Shown here: one piece after another, positions 21,921 to 31,690 of the stretch
Numbering within the stretch: position 1 is the stretch's first letter
Layout: the number at the start of each line of letters is the position of its first letter
Origin: an uncultured delta proteobacterium
GTDB taxonomy: Bacteria; Desulfobacterota; Binatia; Binatales; Binataceae
Assembly: GCA_963765675.1 (NCBI GenBank)
Contig: CAVXXK010000006.1
Coordinates: forward strand, 384,001-448,000
DNA: 64,000 nucleotides
Direction of reading: 5' to 3'
Notes under the pieces: model-generated
What the model was told of the DNA's origin: nothing
Database searches by the model: none
The model's input: only the letters and a program-made list of their open reading frames with translations
Translations under genes and position numbers: made by a program

Positions 21921-23138
21921 TCAGATGTGCAGCGCTTCGAAGACCTGCTCGCCGCGCGCGAAGCGCTCGCGCGATAGAGCCGACGCGTCGAGCGCGCCGT
22001 AACTTCCGGTCGCGATAAGCTCCGCGAGCGCCTGCCCAGCTCCGTAGGATTGCATCACGCCGCGTCCGCTGAACGAATGCGCCTCGAAGATGCGCGGTGC
22101 CGCGCGTCCGACGATCGCGCTGCGATCAGGGCTGACTTCGTACAGCCCCGCCCATCCGGTCACGTGGCGCTGCCGCTCCATGCAGCTCATCCGCGCGTAC
22201 ATCCGCGGCCAGATTTCGGTCTGGAAAAACGCCTCGCCGTCGTAGTTGAAATGGTATCCGGGCGGCTCCTCCGGCGGCGAATATCCGGCCAGGATGTGCT
22301 GCCCCTCGTTGTGGAAATACACGCCCGAAGTATCGACGATCATCCCGTAGCGCTCGAGGTTGGTCACCCGGTTATCAACCAGGCAGATCTGCCGGCGCAC
22401 CGGCTCGCTATAGTTCTTGAGTCCGAGCAACCCGGTCGCGTATGGCGACCACGCACCTCCCGTGATCACGATCGCATCCGCACGGATATCGAACAGGCGT
22501 CCGGGCTCCGCTTCTCCCGGGCCGTCCTGCGTCAGCAGGCGCACGAGGCCCGCATCGGGCATCGCATCGTCGGCCCGCCAGCATCCCAGCCGCACGCCGT
22601 CGCTGCCGGACTCGATCGCGAGGACATAGACGCGATCGAGAAACTGCGCGCCATGCTTGAGCGCGCTCGCGCGATAATGCTGCTTCAGAAGATTCGGATT
22701 GATGAGCCCGTCCTTGGGCGAGAAGGTTGCGCCCGCGACCCCGTCGAGCTTGTCGATCTCCGGGACTCGGCGAGCGACTTCATCGGGCGAAAGCGTCTCA
22801 ATCGGATGCCCGAGGCCGCGCTGCAAATCGATGTGCGCGAGCGCGTCGGGCCAGGTCGCCGAATCGTAGAGCCACAGGTATCCCTTCTGGCGGAAGCCGA
22901 CTTCGCGCGCGATCGTTTCGTAATACTCAATCGAGGCGCGGCACAATCGGATATTGACCGCCTGCCACCAGGTCGCACGGACGCCGCCGGCATTCTTTTC
23001 GCTCGAGCTGAGCCGCCCGCTCAGATCGAGATCGACGGCAAGTGTCTTGAGCCCGCGCCCGGCAAGCGCCATCGCGACCGAGCTGCCGATAATCCCGGCG
23101 CCGATAAGGCATACGTCGAATCGCTCACCCCGGTCCAT
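21921..23138 (-). CDS. FAD-dependent oxidoreductase (sarcosine oxidase beta / DadA-like)
   Basis: IGAGIIGSS Rossmann motif, NAGGVR, GWAGLYEVSPD, FSGRGVM. Confidence 0.88.
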   Translation of the reverse strand: MDRGERFDVCLIGAGIIGSSVAMALAGRGLKTLAVDLDLSGRLSSSEKNAGGVRATWWQAVNIRLCRASIEYYETIAREVGFRQKGYLWLYDSATWPDALAHIDLQRGLGHPIETLSPDEVARRVPEIDKLDGVAGATFSPKDGLINPNLLKQHYRASALKHGAQFLDRVYVLAIESGSDGVRLGCWRADDAMPDAGLVRLLTQDGPGEAEPGRLFDIRADAIVITGGAWSPYATGLLGLKNYSEPVRRQICLVDNRVTNLERYGMIVDTSGVYFHNEGQHILAGYSPPEEPPGYHFNYDGEAFFQTEIWPRMYARMSCMERQRHVTGWAGLYEVSPDRSAIVGRAAPRIFEAHSFSGRGVMQSYGAGQALAELIATGSYGALDASALSRERFARGEQVFEALHI

Positions 23139-23188
23139 ATCGCCAATATATCAGGCTCGGTCCGAGCCGCATCAGGAAGGCATTAAGG

Positions 23189-23257
23189 CGGCCACGAAGA
23201 CGCGGAGGCATTAGGCAAAGATTCTTTGTGTCTTAGTGTCTTCGTGGCCGGTCGGAT
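23189..23257. repeat. CCAC(G/T)AAGACAC-type palindromic repeat, copy 1 (degenerate)
   Basis: CGGCCACGAAGAC...GTGTCTTAGTGTCTTCGTGGCCGGTCGGAT; similar to copies at 61219 and 62848. Confidence 0.8.
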
Positions 23258-23338
23258 CTGCCCGTTGGCTGGTCAATCCGCGAGCAATCCAGCCCCTCTT
23301 GTGCGGGCGCGGCGTTACCTGCCAAGTATGAAATACGT

Positions 23339-24124
23339 ATGTGTACGCTTGCGATTTACTTCCGCGTGGCGCCCGAATGGCCGGTCATTATCGCTGCCAA
23401 TCGGGACGAATTTCTTGACCGCCCCGCTCTCGACCCGACCGTGCTCAACGATGACCCGCACGTCGTCGGCGGCAAGGACCTGCGCGCCGGAGGCACCTGG
23501 CTTGGCCTCAGCGAGAGCGGCCTCGTGTGCGGGCTCCTTAATCGCCCAGTCGTTGATGGCGGCAATGCTCGCGCGCGCTCGCGCGGGCTGCTCTGTCTGG
23601 ACGCGCTGCGCTGTGCGAGCGCTGGAGACGCGGCGCGTTTCGCCGCCGCCGAGAACGGCGCGAACTACAACCCGTTCAATCTGCTGATCGCCGCGCGTGA
23701 CGCCGCGTTCGTCGCGTACAACCGCAACGGCGAGATCGAGTTGGTCGAGCTGACGCCGGGACTTCATATGCTCTCGAATCAGAATGTCGACGACTTCGAG
23801 TGCCCCAAGATCAGCCGCTCATATGGACGCTTCACCGAGCTTGGCCAGCGCGCCGACTTCCGGCGCGACCCGATTGCGATGCGCGCCGAGCTTGGGCGAT
23901 TGCTTGCGGATCACAGCGCCGAAGTCGATCCGCGGACCGGCCGCACCAGTTCGCTCTGCCTGCATCTGGACAACTACGGCACGCGATCCTCGAGCATGAT
24001 CTTTCTCGGCCGTGACCCCGATCGCGTCGAGCATTTCTTCGCGCCCGGAGCGCCGTGCAAGACCGCGTACGTGCAAGCCGCGACGCCGCATCCGGCGCAT
24101 CGCGCGGTGGCTCACGGACGGTAG
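23339..24124 (+). CDS. NRDE/TANGO2 family protein
   Basis: MCT start, AANRDEFLDRP, GGTWLG, SRGLL, YGTRSSS. Confidence 0.92.
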   Translation: MCTLAIYFRVAPEWPVIIAANRDEFLDRPALDPTVLNDDPHVVGGKDLRAGGTWLGLSESGLVCGLLNRPVVDGGNARARSRGLLCLDALRCASAGDAARFAAAENGANYNPFNLLIAARDAAFVAYNRNGEIELVELTPGLHMLSNQNVDDFECPKISRSYGRFTELGQRADFRRDPIAMRAELGRLLADHSAEVDPRTGRTSSLCLHLDNYGTRSSSMIFLGRDPDRVEHFFAPGAPCKTAYVQAATPHPAHRAVAHGR

Positions 24125-24306
24125 TAGCCGACGACGCCCGCGATAACAAAACAGATGATCGCGATCGCTCCGCAGGCCAGGAAAATCGAGGCGAGAAAAG
24201 GCGGCTCAATCACGAAGAACAGCACAACGCCGGAGACGAGCGCAAAGAAGCTCGCGATAATCGCCACAACAACGCACATCCGCCGCACCTGCGCCGAAAT
24301 CGTCAT
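24112..24306 (-). CDS. Small two-transmembrane protein
   Basis: 64-aa ORF with two hydrophobic helices. Confidence 0.5.
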   Translation of the reverse strand: MTISAQVRRMCVVVAIIASFFALVSGVVLFFVIEPPFLASIFLACGAIAIICFVIAGVVGYYRP

Positions 24307-24369
24307 GGCAGATTACGGAGCTCCGCGGATGGATTTACGCGAGCGGGCGCGCCTGTTAGAAGTTCCGTG

Positions 24370-25487
24370 ATGATCATTCCGCGCAACCCCTGCCTTCGGG
24401 TAGCGATTCCCGCTGTGCTCCTAATCGCGGTCGCTCTTTGTACCGCGCCCGCTGTGCGCGCTCAATCAGCCCCGGTCGTTGGAACCGGAAGCCTCGGCCA
24501 GGCCGACCTCAACTGGCAGCAGCGTTTTCTCGGAATTCTGCCGCTGGTCAAGCCCGATCCGAAAGACCCGGTGGTGGTCACGGTGGACGGCCATCCGATA
24601 ACCGCCGCGCGAGATCACCGACTACGCGCGGACCGAGCGGCAGATGATCAACGCGACTTCGAGCGAAGAGACCAAAGCGGTCTTCAAGGACGCTACCGAA
24701 AATCTGATCAATCGCCAGCTTCTGATCGACGAGGCCGCGCGGCGCAAAATCGTGATTCCCGATCCCGAGGTGGCCGAGCGGGCGCGCGAGTTCAAAGTCT
24801 CCGGCGGAGACTCGAACAGTCTCCCGGGCGCCGCGCCGGATCCGCAGTTGATCGAGCAAGTGCGCGGCTCGATGATGATCGAGAAGATGTTCGACGATAT
24901 CTTTCGCGAGCAGAAAGTCCGCCCGACCGACGCGCAGATCAAGCAGTACTACGACCAGCATCGCGATTTATTCGTCAAGGATCCGGGCGAGGTGAGAATC
25001 TCGCATGTCGCGGTCAAGCTGCCCGACAATCCGACCGACGCGCAAAAGGCCGCCGCCCACGACAAGATCCTGAAACTCTACAAAGAGGCGCAACACGCCA
25101 AGGACTTCGCCGCGTTCGCGAAGGCAAACTCGGAGGACAGCCAGTCGGCCGCCAAGGGAGGGGACCTCGGCTATTTTCATCCGGGCCAGTTGCCGCCCGT
25201 GGTCGAGAAGGCGGTTTTTGCGACCCCGGTCGGGCACCTCACGGAGATTTTCGAATCCAATCTCGGCTACAGCTTTATCAAGGTGACCGCGCGCCAGGGT
25301 GAGGACTTCCTGGCGCAGAAGGAAGTCCAGCCGAAAATCGCGATGGTGTTGCTCGACTACAATGAAGACGCCGTCGTGAAGAAAGACGCTCGAACAGTTG
25401 CAGCGCAAAGCGAAGATTGAATTCCGCAAGCAGCCCGGCGCGGCCGCGCCATCGCTCTCGGAGTCTGGTGAGCAAGCTCCCGACTGA
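24370..25487 (+). CDS. SurA/PrsA-like parvulin peptidyl-prolyl isomerase (frameshifts ~24610 and ~25383)
   Basis: Signal peptide; VVVTVDGHPIT, LINRQLL, VRISHV, FAAFAKANSED..SAAKGGDLG; the corrected end reads LQRKAKIEF. Confidence 0.82.
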
Positions 25488-26342
25488 AATTTCCGCCGCG
25501 TTGATCGAGGACATTAACCGCACTCGCGGCACCAGCTTTCGTATCGCGCGCGCACGGCGCTCGCGGGCGAGTCGGGTGCGACCAGGATTATCCTCGATCA
25601 GAACGAACGAGAGCATCTTCTAAAATGGGGCTCGGGCGATGAGTTCCGCCTCTACGACGTCATCGCAATCACTACCGAGCTGGCGCGCCGCAACTATCCG
25701 CTGCCGGCCTATCTGCTGACAGGCGACAACCTCGATCTCAGATGGACGATTCGTCCGATGCTGCCAGGCCGCTCGATGGGCATCCTCGATGAGCGCTACC
25801 TCGCCCGGATTCTGGAGCTCAACGAGGCGCAGGCCGGCGCGGCTTCGTCTCTATCAGGAGATTGGCCGGCGAGGATCGTCGAAAGCATTCTGGACGGATT
25901 TCAAGAATGGTGCATTCTCGACACTTTTAGAAATCACTCGGCCGAGACAGCCGCGATGTTGTCGCAGATGCAGGAGCACGCTCGCGCCGCCGAGCGCTCG
26001 CACGTTGAGGCGCACGACGCGGTGCATTTCGATTTCAATCCGCAGAATATTCTGGTCGATGACGGCGCCATCACCGCCGTCATCGATTGGGAAGGATGCT
26101 GCCCTGGCGACCGCGCGTTCGACCTCGCGACGCTGTTGTTCTACTCGTACGACCGCGCGGAAATTCGTTCGTGTCTGCAGGAGCGTATGCGCAAACTCGC
26201 GTCCGCTGAGGCAACCGCGCTATATCTTTCGCACATGATAGTCCGGCAGCTCGATTGGTCGATTCGGCGTCACGCCGTGCCGACGGTTCAGCGCTACCTT
26301 ACGGTTGCACGGGATATCCTGCGCGACCTTCGCGCGAGCTAG
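25468..26342 (+). CDS. Aminoglycoside phosphotransferase / choline kinase-like protein (frameshift ~25550)
   Basis: VHFDFNPQNILV, AVIDWE, GDRAFDLA; the N-terminal part is recovered in an adjacent frame. Confidence 0.72.
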
Positions 26343-27034
26343 CTCGGCTGACGCGCATATCGCGTCGGGTCGGGGACTCGCGCGGCGGCGAAACCTTGCG
26401 CTCGCTCCGCGCATTTGGTGCATCGCCCGCAATGCGTCGAGCCGCGAGGACTTGCGCACGTCAGCGTCAGCTCCAGGTGCAGCGCCCTGCCCTTCCTTAT
26501 GACTTGCGCCTTGGTCATCCCGGCAAATGGAGTTCGGATACGAAGCGGAAGTCCGACGCCGAGCAGAACCGCGCGCTCGACCGCGCGAAAGAATTGCGGG
26601 CGCGCGTCGGGGAACGGATTCGACTCGAGCGGAGCCATCGCGATTTCTCCGATTCGGTTGTGTGCGCAGAAGATCGCGGCCTTCACGAGCAGGCTCAAGT
26701 TGCGGCCGACGATATAGTTGGATTCGACTTTCGCACGATAGCCGGGAACGCCCCGGCCGGTGACACTCCAATGCTCGCGCGCGACATCGGTCATTGGAAG
26801 ATCGAGAACTGCAACCGGCTCGATTCGCGAGCTCGCGAGCGTCGCGATAAATTTTCTCAGCGTTGCGAGCTCAGCGCGCTCCCACTTAAGCCCGGCTCGC
26901 ACATAGACGGGAAAGACGTGACGGCCGCGACCAGCCAGCTCTGCGAGCATAACCGAGCTGTCGAGACCGCCGCTCGCGAGCACCGCAATTCGGGCGCGAA
27001 TCGGGGAAATGCGAAAGTTGCGAGCGGCGCTCAC
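26339..27034 (-). CDS. queC: 7-cyano-7-deazaguanine synthase-like PP-loop protein
   Basis: SGGLDS, GRN, FPD, and C-terminal C-x8-HCGRCTKC zinc site; GTG start overlaps the SDR stop. Confidence 0.75.
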   Translation of the reverse strand: MSAARNFRISPIRARIAVLASGGLDSSVMLAELAGRGRHVFPVYVRAGLKWERAELATLRKFIATLASSRIEPVAVLDLPMTDVAREHWSVTGRGVPGYRAKVESNYIVGRNLSLLVKAAIFCAHNRIGEIAMAPLESNPFPDARPQFFRAVERAVLLGVGLPLRIRTPFAGMTKAQVIRKGRALHLELTLTCASPRGSTHCGRCTKCAERAQGFAAARVPDPTRYARQPS

Positions 27035-27765
27035 GCGATCAGACGGCCGCCGTCGAGCACTATAGTGGAGCCGGTCGCGAAGTCGGTGCCCTCGCATAAG
27101 AACAAGATCGCGTTGGCGACGTCACGCGGCGAGCCCATCTTCTTGGTGAGCGTTCCCGCTACCATCCGCGTAATCTCGTCGGGCCCGTAGTCCTCAGGTG
27201 CGAGGACCGGTCCTAGCGCGACGCAGTTCACCTGCACCTCGGGAGCAAGCGCCTTCGCGAGCGAGCGCGTCAGTCCGATCACGCCGGTCTTGGAGACCGT
27301 GTACGGCAGATAATTGTTGTACGGGCGGATACCTGCCCAATCGCCGATATTAACGATCTTGCCGGCGCCCTGCTTGCGCATGTGCGCACCAGCGAACTTC
27401 GCGAGAAAAAACGGCGCCTTCAAGTTGATGTTGAGATTCGCGTCCCAGTCGCGTTCGGTCACTTCCTCGATTGGCTTGCGATAGAACACCGACGCCGAGT
27501 TGACCAGCACGTCGATTCGGCCGAAGTCCGCGACGACCGCCGCGACCATCGCCTCGATCTGCGCGACGCTTTCGAGATCGGCGTGAAAGGATTTCGCGTG
27601 CGCGCCAACCTCCGTGATCTCGCGCGTTGCCGCGTCAGCCTCGGCGCTCGAGGTGCGGTAATGCACGGCGATATCCGCTCCGCGCTCGGCCAGCGCCAGC
27701 GCGATCGCGCGGCCGACGCGCCGCCCCGCGCCGGTGACCAGCGCGACTTTCCCTTTAAGTTCCAT
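27031..27765 (-). CDS. Short-chain dehydrogenase, pteridine reductase (FolM/PTR1)-like
   Basis: TGAGRRVG, AVHYRTS, VNSASVF, YTVSK, LAPEVQVN. Confidence 0.85.
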   Translation of the reverse strand: MELKGKVALVTGAGRRVGRAIALALAERGADIAVHYRTSSAEADAATREITEVGAHAKSFHADLESVAQIEAMVAAVVADFGRIDVLVNSASVFYRKPIEEVTERDWDANLNINLKAPFFLAKFAGAHMRKQGAGKIVNIGDWAGIRPYNNYLPYTVSKTGVIGLTRSLAKALAPEVQVNCVALGPVLAPEDYGPDEITRMVAGTLTKKMGSPRDVANAILFLCEGTDFATGSTIVLDGGRLIA

Positions 27766-27790
27766 CCGGTTTCGTCAGGCGCGCGCGATT

Positions 27791-29065
27791 TCAGTTTTGC
27801 GAGAGCTTCTGGATCGCCTTGGCCAGCGCGAGGTTGTCGCTATGCCCGGTCTTCGAGGCGGTGATGTGCGCGAATATCGGCCGGCCGAGCAGATACAGGT
27901 CGCCGATCAGGTCCAGCACCTTGTGCCGCGCAAACTCATCAGGAAACCGCAGCGTGGTGTTCACTACTTTCTGTTCGTCAACCAGGATCGCGTTGTCGAG
28001 CCGCGCGCCGCTACCCAGGCCCATCTCGTTGAGCTTGCGGAACTCGCGCACCGACCCAAACGTTCGCGCGGGTGCGATTTCTTTGGTGTACGCGTCGGGC
28101 GAAGTCAATTCGAAGTGTACCTTCTGCGCGCCGATCGGTTTCGGGTATTCGAGGATGTAATCGATAATCAGATGATCGGCGGGCTCCACAGCGATAAATT
28201 CGCGGCCCACGCCTTCCTCTCCAATCACAAATTTTTGATTGATCCGGATCGGCGCGATGAGCGCGGCCTGATCGGTGACTCCGACCTCTTCGATATGCTT
28301 GCAGAACTCGAGCGACGAACCGTCGAGCGCCGGCACTTCCTCATCGGTCTTGACCAGCAGATTGGTGATCCCAAACGCGTGCAGGGCCGACATCAAATGT
28401 TCGACCGTGCGCACTGAGCGGCCGCCCGACGCGAGCGTGGTGTTATACGCGGTATCGACCACGTTCTCGACCCGAACCTCGACCGCGATATCGTCGGAGA
28501 GCGAGGAGAAGACAATTCCGAATCCAATCGGCGCCGGATGCAGGATCACTCCGGTCTTGAGGCCGGTGTGCAGCCCTTGCCCGCCGAGCACGATCGAGCG
28601 CGCGATTGTGCGCTGCGCGAGCGCGCCGCGTTTGACGCGCGCCTGCGCGGACGGCAGCTCACCGGAAGGAGCGACTGCGCGGTCGCCGAGCGGTGCGGCG
28701 CTGCCACCGTCGAGTGCGCGCGAAATCGACGCGAGCAGGCCGTCAACTGAAAACGGTTTCTGGATAAAATCCGCCGCGCCGAGCTTGGTTGCCGCCACCG
28801 CGCTCTGAATATTCGCATGGCCTGAAATCATGATCACCGGTACTGCAGGCTGTTCGGACTTGATCCGCCGCAGAAGCTCGATCCCGTCGAGCTCGGGCAT
28901 CCATACGTCGAGCAAAACGATCGACGGCGCCTCGCGATGAATCAAATCCATCACGCCCGGCGCGTCTCCCGTGTCAACCACCCGGAATCCTTCGTCGCTT
29001 AATATTCCACGTATCGATGATCGGATCCGCTCCTCGTCATCCACCACCAGCACGGTTTCGTTCAC
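27791..29065 (-). CDS. lpxC: Response-regulator receiver domain fused to UDP-3-O-acyl-GlcNAc deacetylase
   Basis: N-terminal REC (VVDDE, LLDVWMP, ISGH, KPF); C-terminal LpxC (QRTI..GQGLHTG, TVEHLMSAL, EVPALDGSS, EIAPARTF, RHKVLDLIGDL, GH). Confidence 0.92.
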   Translation of the reverse strand: MNETVLVVDDEERIRSSIRGILSDEGFRVVDTGDAPGVMDLIHREAPSIVLLDVWMPELDGIELLRRIKSEQPAVPVIMISGHANIQSAVAATKLGAADFIQKPFSVDGLLASISRALDGGSAAPLGDRAVAPSGELPSAQARVKRGALAQRTIARSIVLGGQGLHTGLKTGVILHPAPIGFGIVFSSLSDDIAVEVRVENVVDTAYNTTLASGGRSVRTVEHLMSALHAFGITNLLVKTDEEVPALDGSSLEFCKHIEEVGVTDQAALIAPIRINQKFVIGEEGVGREFIAVEPADHLIIDYILEYPKPIGAQKVHFELTSPDAYTKEIAPARTFGSVREFRKLNEMGLGSGARLDNAILVDEQKVVNTTLRFPDEFARHKVLDLIGDLYLLGRPIFAHITASKTGHSDNLALAKAIQKLSQN

Positions 29066-29150
29066 GATGCGTTCCTCTTCGCGGAAGATTTGGATCAGTG
29101 TTGTCGCGAGTTCCTGCTGACCGGAACGGCCGCTCGCGGCGAGATTCGCT

Positions 29151-31397
29151 TCAGCCGGCGGCTTTGGCGAATTGCTGCATTTTTATAGGAAACTCCATGA
29201 CAAATCTACTTCCACGCGGCTGATTGTCAATTACCCGCACAAAGCCGTGATGATCGGTCACGATCGCCGACACGATAGCGAGCCCAAGCCCTGTGCCGCC
29301 CTTCTTGCTCGAAAAGTAGGGCTCGAAAATCCGCGTGCGCAGCCGCGGGTCGATGCCGGGGCCGTTGTCTGCAACCTCGAGGACCAGAATCGAAGTCTCT
29401 CTGCGGATCGCGGTGCGCAGATCGATTCTCGGCTTATCGCCATTTTGCGCGAACGCGGTGGTCGCGCCGACAGCGTTGTCGAGCAGGTTCACCAGCGCGC
29501 GCTTGAGCGCCTCCCGATCGATCATCATCTGCGGCAGACCGGCGGCAAGGTTGGTGTTGAACTCGACCGCCGGATGCGCCGCGCGGAAGTTTGCCACCGT
29601 GTCGGCGACCAGCGCGTTCAGATCGCCCGGGACGGGATTCAGATGCGGCATCCGCGCGAAAGCGGAAAACTCGTTGACCAGATGCTTCAGCGCCTCGACC
29701 TCGCCGATAATCGTGCGCGTGCATTCTTCGACCAGCGGAGTATCGGGCGTTCCATCGCTGCGCCCGACCATCTGCCGGCGCATCCGTTCGGCGGAGAGCT
29801 GGATCGGAGTGAGCGGATTTTTTATTTCATGCGCGATTCGGCGCGCGACTTCGCGCCACGCTTCCATCCGCTCGACCTTTGCGATCTGGCTCACATCCTC
29901 GAAGAACAGAACCGAGCCGAGCGGCTCTCCCGCGCTGTCCGAAAGCGGGCTCGCCGTCAGCATCAACTCAGCTTCCGCGCCCGCGACTTCGAGCTTGACG
30001 GTAGAGCGCGCCTCGCTCGGGCTCGTCGCCGCCGCGAGCAGGTCGTCAAGCACGCGCGACAGAGCAGGTTGCATCGTGCGGCGGTAGTGAGTTCCGATGA
30101 CGCCGTGCGCCGTGACGCCGAGCAGGCGTTCCGCACAGGGATTTATCGTGGTCAGAATTCCCTGGGGGTCCAGGCCGACCACGCCGGCCGAGACATTCTC
30201 GAGCAGGGTTTCGGTGTAGCGGCGGCGCCGTTCGAGCTCGGCCGCTGAGCCGCGCAGATCCGCGGTCATCTGGTTAAAGGATTCAATTAGCTGGCCGATT
30301 TCGTCGTCGCGGATTCCCGCGATGGTGTAATCGAGATTGCCCGCCGCGATCGCCTGGGTGCCTTGCAGCAGCCGCTTGATCGGTCCGGTAATCCCGCGCG
30401 CCAGGTACATCCCGAACCAGCTCGCAAGCATCACGACCACCAGCCCGATCAGCACCAGCGCCAGGATGTAACTGTTGAGAATCGGGCCGCGCAGAATTCG
30501 AAGCTGAAAATAATCTTCCGCCGATCGCGAGATCCCCGCCGCGCGGGTGGCAAGACTCTTGGGCAGGTAGTAATCGACCACCACGGCGCCCACGACGGTG
30601 TCGGTCTCGGGCGTCGAGTAGATAGGCGCGGTGCCGCGAATCACGTCTGAGCTGCCCAGACGATCGGTGCGGGTCATCGCCTGTCCCTTCAAGGTTTCGA
30701 GCAGGATTTGCGCATCGGGCGAGACGCCGATCCCGGTCGGAGTCTTGGGGCTCAGCGCTATCAGGAGAAGCTTCCGATCGGCGGAGAATACCTCGATCGT
30801 GCCGAGATTGTATTCCTGCTGGTGCTGTTCGATGAAATGGCGCAGGCGCGCATGGTCCTCCGGCGCGAGCAGCTTTCGTGAAGAGATCTCTTCGGCCAGC
30901 ACGCGCGCGAAGTGCGCCGCGTTGTTGGCTGAGTTCAGATAATAGGTCTTTGCGATCTCGAGCGAATCGTCGAGTACCTGCTCGTACTCGGGGTTGAACC
31001 AACTACCGATATCCGCGTTCAAAAATACGCCCGAGACGTAGAGCAGGAATGCGCTCGGCACCAGCGCGACGGCGATAAATCCCGCCACCAGCCGCACCTG
31101 GAACTTCGAGCCGATGAGTCCGCGGCGGCGCTCGAAAATGACCTTGGCCAGATTTCTGCCGACCAGGAACAGCAGCAGCGCGAGCAGAAGGAAGCTGAGA
31201 TTGAAGAGCGAGATAACGGCGAGGTTCGAGGCGAGCGACGTATGCCGCGACAGCGGCGGCAACTCGGTCTGCGCGAAGACGAATGCGACCAGAATCGCGG
31301 CGGCGACTCCGACCGCGATCAACTCGCGCCGGCGCCGCTTTAGCTCGGCGCGCCGGAGGTTGAAATCGCGCGGCTCTGCCGCCATCTTTGCCGCCAT
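29151..31397 (-). CDS. NtrY-like sensor histidine kinase (transmembrane, HAMP, PAS, HisKA, HATPase)
   Basis: AWREVARRIAHEIKNPLTPIQLSAER, NLLDNA, DNGPGI, FEPYFSSK.GGTGLGL. Confidence 0.92.
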   Translation of the reverse strand: MAAKMAAEPRDFNLRRAELKRRRRELIAVGVAAAILVAFVFAQTELPPLSRHTSLASNLAVISLFNLSFLLLALLLFLVGRNLAKVIFERRRGLIGSKFQVRLVAGFIAVALVPSAFLLYVSGVFLNADIGSWFNPEYEQVLDDSLEIAKTYYLNSANNAAHFARVLAEEISSRKLLAPEDHARLRHFIEQHQQEYNLGTIEVFSADRKLLLIALSPKTPTGIGVSPDAQILLETLKGQAMTRTDRLGSSDVIRGTAPIYSTPETDTVVGAVVVDYYLPKSLATRAAGISRSAEDYFQLRILRGPILNSYILALVLIGLVVVMLASWFGMYLARGITGPIKRLLQGTQAIAAGNLDYTIAGIRDDEIGQLIESFNQMTADLRGSAAELERRRRYTETLLENVSAGVVGLDPQGILTTINPCAERLLGVTAHGVIGTHYRRTMQPALSRVLDDLLAAATSPSEARSTVKLEVAGAEAELMLTASPLSDSAGEPLGSVLFFEDVSQIAKVERMEAWREVARRIAHEIKNPLTPIQLSAERMRRQMVGRSDGTPDTPLVEECTRTIIGEVEALKHLVNEFSAFARMPHLNPVPGDLNALVADTVANFRAAHPAVEFNTNLAAGLPQMMIDREALKRALVNLLDNAVGATTAFAQNGDKPRIDLRTAIRRETSILVLEVADNGPGIDPRLRTRIFEPYFSSKKGGTGLGLAIVSAIVTDHHGFVRVIDNQPRGSRFVMEFPIKMQQFAKAAG

Positions 31398-31399
31398 CG

Positions 31400-31612
31400 T
31401 CAGCGCCTGAAGATCGCGAAGATAATCGATAGGATAATGCTCGCAACCACGCAGCTAGCGAGAGGAAAATAGAGGCTGAAGTTGCCGCGCCTGACCTGGA
31501 TGTCGCCGGGCAGATGCCCGAATATCGGCACGTAGCCAAGCCCCCATAGCATCGAGCCTAGCGCGATCAGCACGAGTCCTATTGCGATCAGGCCCTTTCC
31601 AAACGGCGCCAT
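31400..31612 (-). CDS. DUF2905 family small membrane protein
   Basis: GHLPGDI...NFSLYFPLASC signature. Confidence 0.85.
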   Translation of the reverse strand: MAPFGKGLIAIGLVLIALGSMLWGLGYVPIFGHLPGDIQVRRGNFSLYFPLASCVVASIILSIIFAIFRR

Positions 31613-31690
31613 CGCGAATCTGCCTCAAGGCAGATTGTATAGCACGGCACGCCGTCGCAATACCGTCATTTGGCCGCGGCGGCAGGTCTC

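Noticed and set aside
26339-27034. QueC as part of a Dpd or QatABCD defence system
   Set aside because: No dpdA, TatD or ATPase partners adjacent; host-like composition in a housekeeping run.
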